This document shows, piece by piece, positions 57,703-64,000 of a stretch of 64,000 nucleotides of DNA. The notes under the pieces were generated by a model. That model worked only from the letters and a program-made list of their open reading frames with translations. It was not told the DNA's origin and did not search any database. The stretch is from Blastocatellia bacterium. Its GTDB lineage: Bacteria > Acidobacteriota > Blastocatellia > UBA7656. Within the stretch, counting starts at the first letter, position 1; each line of letters starts with the position of its first letter. A program made the position numbers and the translations under genes. The stretch is taken from positions 460 to 64,459 of the forward strand of contig DASRIZ010000080.1 in assembly GCA_035649735.1 (NCBI GenBank), in the 5' to 3' direction.

Positions 57703-57956
57703 GGCTTTTGACTCAATGACGGCGGCTGTATCGGTGCGATCGCTATGCAAATCGCACAAGAGTCTACCGGGACGAAGTGCAAAGCATTCTCTCGTCGATG
57801 CCTATCGCCTGACTGCTCCGAACCGGCTGCTCGCGGAACTTGACGCGAGCGAGTTGGGAACTGCGGCCACGCTCGGCTTGCATTGAAGAATTCTGAGGTG
57901 GACTGCAGGAGGCTTCTTCGCGGCGCCGACGTTCTGAGTGCCCCCGGTAAACTCGC

Positions 57957-58970
57957 TCACGCTGTTATCAACATGCCTTCCGATGCCAACTGACGGTTGA
58001 CATTCCTGGGCAATCCCAAAAAGACCTCCTCGATTCGATCGGTCAAATCGGTGATCTGCTCTACCGAAAGTGCCACCGCGATGGGCTCCAGCCTTTCTAC
58101 TATGTCTTCATTTATCAGCGAGTCTTTCTCTTGAGTCACCTTCAAGCGGAACAAATCGCTCAATAGAACCATCATAGCGTCCAGGTGTTGCTCGAACGCC
58201 TCTTTGTCGAGTTTTCTTCCGAGATACTCGGCGGCACTGAGAAGACGAATGCTGTCCCGTGAAAAAGCGACCGTCTCGATGATCTCCAGTAGAGTTTTGC
58301 GCATTTCACGGCACTCGGCCACGTCCAGGCTGATCGCGCGGCCGATGCTGCCGCATGCGAGTCGCGCCCGCAACCTCGCTTCATCCTCGGCCATCGTATT
58401 CATAGTTCGAAGATGGGTTTCGATTTCAAGCGCCCCAAGCGGCGCGAAACTGAGCAACAAACAGCGGGAGCGAATTGTATCCAGCAATGAAAAAGGCTTT
58501 GAGGTGATTAGAATCAAGAGGGAAGTATCGGGCGGCTCCTCCAGTGTTTTCAGCAAGGAGTTAGCCGCTTGGTTCATCAGCCATTCGGCGTCGTCGATGA
58601 TGAAGACCCGGCGACGGCCTTCGTACGGACGAAACTGCGCTTGCTCTGAAAGCGAGCGCGTCTGTTCAATTTTGATGAACTGGCTTTTGGATTCTTTTTT
58701 GACCAGCGGGTCCTGACTCTCGCGTAGAATCGTTCGAACGTCGGCGTGCTCGCCGCGAGCGATCTTCCGACATGGGACGCAGTCACCGCATGGTTCACCG
58801 AGTTCTACTCGCTCGCAGTTCAAGGCCTGGGCGAGGGCAATCGCGAAACTATGCTTCCCGACACCGCGCGGTCCTGCCATTAACAGAGACTGTCCGATGC
58901 GTCCATCTGTCAGCGCGCGACGGAGCAGCGTCTTTATCCGATCGTTTCCAATAAGAGTTGAGAACGGCAT
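57957..58970 (-). CDS. holB: DNA polymerase III subunit delta'
   Basis: GPRGVGKHSFAIALAQALNCE, zinc-module-like CGDCVPC, FIIDDAEWLMNQAANSLLKTLEEPP. Confidence 0.85.
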   Translation of the reverse strand: MPFSTLIGNDRIKTLLRRALTDGRIGQSLLMAGPRGVGKHSFAIALAQALNCERVELGEPCGDCVPCRKIARGEHADVRTILRESQDPLVKKESKSQFIKIEQTRSLSEQAQFRPYEGRRRVFIIDDAEWLMNQAANSLLKTLEEPPDTSLLILITSKPFSLLDTIRSRCLLLSFAPLGALEIETHLRTMNTMAEDEARLRARLACGSIGRAISLDVAECREMRKTLLEIIETVAFSRDSIRLLSAAEYLGRKLDKEAFEQHLDAMMVLLSDLFRLKVTQEKDSLINEDIVERLEPIAVALSVEQITDLTDRIEEVFLGLPRNVNRQLASEGMLITA

Positions 58971-58971
58971 A

Positions 58972-59137
58972 GTCAGAAGTCAGAAGTCAGAGGTCGGAGG
59001 TCAGAAAGCAGACCTAAGAACTCAGAGCTCAGACGTGACGCTAAGAATACCGTATTTTTCATCCAACGATAAAGTGCGTCATCGTGAAACTGACCCCGAC
59101 TTTCTGCCTTCTGCTTCCTCTCCTCTGACTTCTGACC
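58972..59137. repeat. Heptad-periodic palindrome in the divergent holB / spoIIM-like intergenic region
   Basis: Left arm from 58972: gtcagaa/gtcagaa/gtcagag/gtcggag/gtcagaa/agcagac/ctaagaa/ctcagag/ctcagac. Right arm 59104-59138: ctgcctt/ctgcttc/ctctcct/ctgactt/ctgacct. Confidence 0.9.
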
Positions 59138-59160
59138 TTTAATCGTGTATTCTAACTGCC

Positions 59161-60105
59161 GTGCTAAAGACATTCCTCGAATCCAGGCTGGGAAAATGGA
59201 AGCGTCTTGAGGAATTGACCGCACGGGTCTCTCGGCTGCGATTGAAGAGCCTCTCCGGTGAAGAGGTCCGCGAATTCGGGCAGCTTTATCGTCGGACGGC
59301 GGCAGATCTGGCGATCGCACGTGAAGAGGTCAGCGACCAGAGGCTGGTCAACTATCTTAACTACCTCGTCGGACGTGCTCACGGCGCGATCTACCGAAGC
59401 GAGTCGTCCGGCTTCGGCGTGTTTCTTTCGTTTTTCCGCTATGAATTCCCAGCGGTCTTTAGGAAGACTTTTCGCTATACCCTAACCGCCTTCGCCGTCT
59501 TTATGCTGGCCGCTCTCTTTTCATCAGCGGCATGTCTCCTGGACGAGGGCTTTGCAGATCGCATCGCGCCAGGTCTGAAACATAAGATCGCCGGCCACGA
59601 AAACTGGACCGAAGACATAAACAACGCAAATCCCCTGGCATCGACCTCGATTCAGAGTAACAACATCACGGTGACCTTTGTTGCGTTCGCCGGAGGCGTG
59701 CTCGCCGGGATTGGTTCATTGTGGGTGTTGGCTCAGAACGGGATGCTGCTTGGCATGGTCTTGAGCCTCTGTTTTCGATATCGGTTTTGGGATATTCCGA
59801 TATTTGTTTCGGCTCACGGAGTGATCGAGCTGACCGCGATATTTATTGCCGGTGGCGCCGGCCTGCTGATTGGTAAGGCGCTTTTGATGCCGGGCGATTT
59901 ACGCCGGATCGACGCGCTGGTTGAGAACGGACGGCTCGCAATAAAGCTGATACTCGGCTGCATACCGATGCTGCTTATCGCAGGCTTGATCGAAGGGTTC
60001 ATCTCCCCGGCGCATATTCCCGCAGCCTTCAAGCTCTCGGTCTCGGCAATGAGCGGACTGTTGATGGTCATGTACTTCTTAAAATCCGACCCCACTGTGA
60101 AATAA
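59161..60105 (+). CDS. Stage II sporulation protein M-like (DUF95) integral membrane protein
   Basis: N-terminal cytoplasmic helix region ...FGQLYRRTAADLAIAREE...LVNYLNYLVGRAHGAIY, then multiple TM segments ...HGVIELTAIFIAGGAG.... Confidence 0.7.
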   Translation: MLKTFLESRLGKWKRLEELTARVSRLRLKSLSGEEVREFGQLYRRTAADLAIAREEVSDQRLVNYLNYLVGRAHGAIYRSESSGFGVFLSFFRYEFPAVFRKTFRYTLTAFAVFMLAALFSSAACLLDEGFADRIAPGLKHKIAGHENWTEDINNANPLASTSIQSNNITVTFVAFAGGVLAGIGSLWVLAQNGMLLGMVLSLCFRYRFWDIPIFVSAHGVIELTAIFIAGGAGLLIGKALLMPGDLRRIDALVENGRLAIKLILGCIPMLLIAGLIEGFISPAHIPAAFKLSVSAMSGLLMVMYFLKSDPTVK

Positions 60106-60266
60106 AAAAGGTTCAGGGTTCGGCGTTCCGAGTTTCTGGTTTCTAGTCTCTGGTTTGTAGCTGGGATTCGAACCGGAAATCAGAACCAGAAACGAGAAAC
60201 AAGAAACAAGAAACGCTAACCCCGAACCCCGAACCCCGAACCCTATACTCTGAACCCTGAACCTTT
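60106..60266. repeat. About 160-bp heptad-periodic palindrome filling the whole gap between convergent stops
   Basis: 22 consecutive 7-mers from 60110: ggttcag/ggttcgg/cgttccg/agtttct/ggtttct/agtctct/ggtttgt/agctggg/attcgaa/ccggaaa/tcagaac/cagaaac/gagaaac/aagaaac/aagaaac/gctaacc/ccgaacc x3/ctatact/ctgaacc x2. The outer ends AAAGGTTCAGGGTTC and GAACCCTGAACCTTT are exact complements. Confidence 0.95.
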
Positions 60267-60267
60267 C

Positions 60268-61587
60268 TTACAACATTCCTCGTTCCTTCACCTCGAGGTA
60301 CTTATTGACCAGCTCCAGCGAAAGTCTTCCCGCAGGAACGTCCAGCGCGAGCCCGCCAGCATGACGAATGCGCATCAATGCTTCTTCGCGCTGGCGCAAA
60401 ATCTCCTCCGCAACTGCTTGACGATAGACGTCACTCGACGTCGCCGGTTGCGCGCGAACCAGCTCTCTGAGATCAGTATCGCCGATCGTAATGATTAGAG
60501 GCAGATGTCGGGGAATAAGCTGCGATGTGTGCGCAAGCAGTTCGGCAGACGCGTCTCGATCCACAAGATCGGTGAGGATCACGACCAGTGAGCGCCTTTT
60601 GCAATTCGTGCCGAAGAAGTTGAACGCTCGCTTGTAGCTCGGCTCGATCATCTGCGGCTCGAGACTATAAAGCGCTTCCATCAGGCGATTGATTTGGTCG
60701 CGGCCCCTGCGAGGTGGCAAATAGCTCACCACCCGTCGCGAAAAGGCAACCAGTCCTACGTTATCGCCTCCTGCCGCCGCCACATAGGCGATCGATAGCG
60801 TAGCGTTGACCGCGTGGTCCAGCTTCGAGAGCTTGCCAATCCGCGCGGTCATCAATCGGCCGGTGTCCAGGAGCACGACAATGTTCTGGCTGCGCTCGAT
60901 AGTGTACTGACGCGTTATGACTTTGCCTCGCCTCGCCGTGGCCGCCCAGGAGATGTGGCGAATTTCGTCGCCGATCACAAACTCACGCAGGGATTCGAAC
61001 TCGCGACCCTGCCCACGGACTCGCATTCGCCGAAGCCCCGGCTCCGGCCGCCGATTTCTATGCGCATAGATTTCGTGTTTTCTTGCCTCGCGGATGTCGG
61101 GGTACACCTTCACATCGGTTGTAGTCGGATATGTCACCTGTCGCCACAATAACCCGAGGCGAGTTCGAAATCTAACCAGTGTGTTGCCGAAGTTGTACTT
61201 GCCCCGCGCTGTTGGCAGCAAGCTGTACCGCCACGCGCGAGAGCGTCCAGCCGGAATCGTCAATTGCGCCTCGCGAGGAGTAAGGAGTTCCATCTGAGAC
61301 GGGTACTCGTCCTTGACGATAAACGAGACCTTGCGACGGGAACGGTTTGCAATCCGGATCGTAACTTCGTTCTCCGCCCCCATCGCGAACCGCTCTTCCA
61401 TCTGCCGCTCGATGCGGAAGGCTGCGGGTTTATCGGAGACAAAATAATCAACGGCGGCCGCAACAATTAATCCGAAATCGTACAACAGCGTCAGGTAAAG
61501 CGCGCCACGACTTATCCATCCGACCGAAAGCAACGCAAGCCCGACCGCGAGCAGCAAGAAAAACCGCGTGGAGAAAACAAATCTCAA
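60268..61587 (-). CDS. DUF58 domain protein (vWA-like, usually MoxR-associated)
   Basis: Two N-terminal TMs; REFVIGDEIRHISWAATARRGKVITRQYTIERSQNIVVLLDTG. Confidence 0.8.
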   Translation of the reverse strand: MRFVFSTRFFLLLAVGLALLSVGWISRGALYLTLLYDFGLIVAAAVDYFVSDKPAAFRIERQMEERFAMGAENEVTIRIANRSRRKVSFIVKDEYPSQMELLTPREAQLTIPAGRSRAWRYSLLPTARGKYNFGNTLVRFRTRLGLLWRQVTYPTTTDVKVYPDIREARKHEIYAHRNRRPEPGLRRMRVRGQGREFESLREFVIGDEIRHISWAATARRGKVITRQYTIERSQNIVVLLDTGRLMTARIGKLSKLDHAVNATLSIAYVAAAGGDNVGLVAFSRRVVSYLPPRRGRDQINRLMEALYSLEPQMIEPSYKRAFNFFGTNCKRRSLVVILTDLVDRDASAELLAHTSQLIPRHLPLIITIGDTDLRELVRAQPATSSDVYRQAVAEEILRQREEALMRIRHAGGLALDVPAGRLSLELVNKYLEVKERGML

Positions 61588-62093
61588 ATCAGATAGTCCT
61601 CGTCGATGCTCCCAACCGCAAGAGTCTCTAGCAGGGCCGCGACGGTTTGAAACTGAGCGATCGTGAAAACCGCAGCGCGGATCTGATAGGGCAGCTCGAA
61701 GCGCGCGAGCGCCTCACGAGCCGCTACCCACATCTCTTCATCGACTTCTTCTGTGTTCAAGGTGGTGTTGAATTCGCCCTCAGCCGGGTAAGCGAAGGTC
61801 AACATGTGATAAACAGGGCCGGCGTGTGCGCTTGTGTGAATGTCTCTCAACGGAACAAGAAGCTGAGTGTCTATTTCGATCCCGATTTCTTCGAGTACTT
61901 CGCGACGCGCGGTTGCTCGGATATCGGTGTCGTCAGGGTCGCACCGGCCTCCTGGAAAGACAAACGCACCTGGATAATAGCGGAAATGAGCGGGCCGTCG
62001 ACTCAAGTAAACCTCAATTCCGAGCGCGGAATCCCTTACGAAGGCGACCGCTGCGGCGGGTATTGGTTCATTATGTTCTCTCACTTTGCCCAC
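61584..62093 (-). CDS. NUDIX hydrolase
   Basis: GGRCDPDDTDIRATARREVLEEIGI (Nudix box with a one-residue spacing deviation). ATGA overlap with the DUF58 start. Confidence 0.75.
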   Translation of the reverse strand: MGKVREHNEPIPAAAVAFVRDSALGIEVYLSRRPAHFRYYPGAFVFPGGRCDPDDTDIRATARREVLEEIGIEIDTQLLVPLRDIHTSAHAGPVYHMLTFAYPAEGEFNTTLNTEEVDEEMWVAAREALARFELPYQIRAAVFTIAQFQTVAALLETLAVGSIDEDYLI

Positions 62094-63091
62094 GCAAGAC
62101 CGTCGGGTCCTCGCCCCGGCTCCATCGATCCGGAGACAGAGAAGTCCTCAAGGTTGATAACTGCGACTTTGTTGGCCTGTGACAATGCAACGAACGCCCG
62201 ACGTCCATCGGGATGGACGAGAATACCCGCGGGACCGCCGCCGACCTTAATGCGTCGCAGCTCCTTTCGGGTCGATGCTTCGAAGATGATGACATCGCCG
62301 GTTTGCGGATCAGATACCAGGACGCGTTTTCCGTCGGGCGTGAACTTCACTCTAATCGGCGCGCCGCCCACTTTGAGAACCGCTTTCACCTGGCCGGTCG
62401 CGGCGTCGAGGATTGATAGCCCTCCGTCGCCCCGGTGCGCAGCCCAGACCTCGCCTTCATCAGGGGACAGATCAATTCCTTCCGGTCCTTTCCCGACCGC
62501 GATCTGAGTCATAGACAATGCGCTTGTTCCCTTAGCGGGAACGATCGAACTCACTGTGTCAGACTCTCGATTAGCGGTAAACATCTTTCCGGACTTCGGG
62601 GCCACGACTATCATATGAGAGCCTCCCTGGCCGGTCCCCAGAGTCCAGTCTACTCGACCAGCTACCGGGTCGTATCGGGCAATGGCTCTGCTGCCTTCGA
62701 TCGTGAAGTATATCTTTCCGTTCGACTCGAAGACGCCATGTGGCCGCAGCAATGCCCCCAGTTCAACTCGCTTGATTTCTTTTCGCGAGGCTATGTCGAT
62801 TACCGAGATCGTGTTTCCCGGGCGTTCGGCAGTTCCGTAGTTGCATACGAACGCAAATCGGCCGTCTGCTGATGTGGTGAGTTCGTGTGGACCTTCGCCG
62901 GTTGGCACCAGAGCCAGCACCTTGAGGGTTGCCGCGTCGACGATCGCAAGAGTGTTGTCGGATTTGTTAAGAACCAGCAGAGATCCGTGATCCGCGACTG
63001 CAGCAAAGGATGTCAATCCCACCAGAACCCCAAAGATCATCACCACCAACGAGACGAGCCTCTGCCATGGGCCTTTCATATTGCGATACAC
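62081..63091 (-). CDS. YVTN-family beta-propeller repeat protein (secreted/anchored)
   Basis: N-terminal anchor. Repeats ...NKSDNTLAIVDAATLKVLALVPTGEGPHEL..., ...NRESDTVSSI..., ...SQANKVAVINLEDF... Confidence 0.75.
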   Translation of the reverse strand: MYRNMKGPWQRLVSLVVMIFGVLVGLTSFAAVADHGSLLVLNKSDNTLAIVDAATLKVLALVPTGEGPHELTTSADGRFAFVCNYGTAERPGNTISVIDIASRKEIKRVELGALLRPHGVFESNGKIYFTIEGSRAIARYDPVAGRVDWTLGTGQGGSHMIVVAPKSGKMFTANRESDTVSSIVPAKGTSALSMTQIAVGKGPEGIDLSPDEGEVWAAHRGDGGLSILDAATGQVKAVLKVGGAPIRVKFTPDGKRVLVSDPQTGDVIIFEASTRKELRRIKVGGGPAGILVHPDGRRAFVALSQANKVAVINLEDFSVSGSMEPGRGPDGLAWAK

Positions 63092-63157
63092 CTCCGGCTA
63101 GACGTGATCCAGATAGGTACTAAACGAGATTCCGGTAATAACTGTGAATCTTGCTGA

Positions 63158-64000
63158 TCAACGGGCGAGAGCGACGATCTTCTCGGCGGCGTCTTTCATT
63201 CCGGAAGCGGAGACAAATCCCAGGCCCGAGTGCTCGATGACCTCGCGACCCTTCTCCACATTGGTGCCTTCCAGACGAACAACAACCGGGACCTTGATGC
63301 CTAAGTTCCGGGCGGCGGCGACAACGCCGGTTGCGACCATATCCGTCCGTACAATGCCGCCGAAGATGTTGATTAGTACCGCGCGGACATTCTTATCCGA
63401 GAGCAGAATGCGAAAGGCGCTTTCGACGCGCTCCTGCGAAGCTCCTCCTCCAATGTCCAGGAAGTTCGCGGGCTCTCCGCCGGCAAGCTTGATGATGTCC
63501 ATCGTCGCCATAGCCAGGCCGGCGCCGTTCACCATGCAGCCGATGTTACCATCCAGCTTGATGTAATTCAGATCGTGTTTTGAAGCTTCGATCTCGAGCG
63601 GGTCTTCTTCATTCAGATCGCGCAACTCTGCGTAGTCCTTGTGCCGGAACAACGCGTTGTCGTCGAAATTCAGCTTCGCATCGAGCGCATACAAATTGCC
63701 GTCTTCGGTGAGCAAAAACGGATTGATCTCGACAAGCGAGGCGTCCAGATCAACATTCGCGCGGTACAGCGAGATCATGAACCGGGCAGCCTTGTTCACA
63801 ACCTCTTTTGGAAGTCCGATTCCGAAGGCGAGCTTGCGAGCCTGGAACGGTTGAAGTCCGATGGCCGGATCGATCACTTCCTTGAGTATCTTTTCAGGCT
63901 CATTTGCCGCTACTTCTTCGATATCCATCCCACCCGCGGACGAAGCCATGAAGACCAGGCGCGAAAGTGAACGGTCCAAAACTATTCCAAGATAGAACTC
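63158..64000 (-). CDS. sucC: Succinyl-CoA synthetase beta subunit, C-terminal part (N-terminus beyond the right edge)
   Basis: ...[38 protein letters not shown]...[14 protein letters not shown]...VVVRLEGTN. Confidence 0.9.
   Translation of the reverse strand, partial: EFYLGIVLDRSLSRLVFMASSAGGMDIEEVAANEPEKILKEVIDPAIGLQPFQARKLAFGIGLPKEVVNKAARFMISLYRANVDLDASLVEINPFLLTEDGNLYALDAKLNFDDNALFRHKDYAELRDLNEEDPLEIEASKHDLNYIKLDGNIGCMVNGAGLAMATMDIIKLAGGEPANFLDIGGGASQERVESAFRILLSDKNVRAVLINIFGGIVRTDMVATGVVAAARNLGIKVPVVVRLEGTNVEKGREVIEHSGLGFVSASGMKDAAEKIVALAR

Noticed and set aside
58897-59320. ORFs 58897-59142 (+) and 58973-59320 (-) across the holB/spoIIM-like gap
   Set aside because: Both are low-complexity translations of the heptad palindrome and overlap real neighbouring genes.
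60163-60176. GGGATTCGAACCGG, resembling the reverse complement of a tRNA T-arm (GGTTCGAATCC)
   Set aside because: The flanks do not form a T-stem, acceptor stem or anticodon arm. It is simply the dyad centre (TTCGAA) of the palindrome.
21899-60266. Whether the repeated short units could be a CRISPR array or arrays
   Set aside because: The units are 7 nt and contiguous, with no spacers. The arrays are mirrored as inverted repeats, and no cas genes are present.
61647-62507. 286-aa + strand ORF, plus similar long antisense ORFs at 5303-5929, 12241-12867, 13846-14376, 21049-21636, 37654-38268 and 39920-40495
   Set aside because: All lie antisense to well-supported genes. They have Arg/Ser/Pro-rich low-information composition typical of shadow ORFs in GC-rich DNA, and no recognisable motifs.

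Overview
Dense chromosomal window of about 50 protein-coding genes from a Gram-negative bacterium. It is probably an Acidobacteriota member, judged from the VWFA-related acidobacterial-type protein and overall gene content; this is an inference. I recognised no rRNA, tRNA, CRISPR array, transposase or prophage. The content is mainly housekeeping and strongly enriched for outer-membrane and LPS biogenesis: a fused lptF/lptG ORF, lpxD-fabZ-lpxA-(ornithine cyclodeaminase-like)-lpxI, two skp genes, bamA, lolD/lolE, a heptose-1-P adenylyltransferase and a KpsF-like SIS protein. Also present are the glycine cleavage operon gcvT-H-PA-PB, clpC, lysS, selB, recO, hflX, an Hfq-like gene, pdxA, holB, the sucC 3' part, a PAS-rich two-component cluster, and several hypothetical or poorly characterised genes. 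The most unusual signal is not a gene. Many intergenic gaps, especially between convergent stop codons, are filled edge to edge by long imperfect palindromes whose arms are tandem arrays of 7-nt units. Each locus uses a different heptamer (21899, 32984, 54544, 58972, 60106). One related palindrome with a 24-bp period (a multiple of 3) lies in-frame inside the lptF-lptG ORF and encodes the linker. Other points worth a second look:
- hflX appears to need a non-canonical start codon.
- A membrane-anchored divergent copper-amine-oxidase-like protein.
- An ornithine-cyclodeaminase-family gene translationally coupled to lpxA.
- An orphan selB.
- A coiled-coil protein with a 21-bp tandem repeat.
- DUF58 without MoxR.
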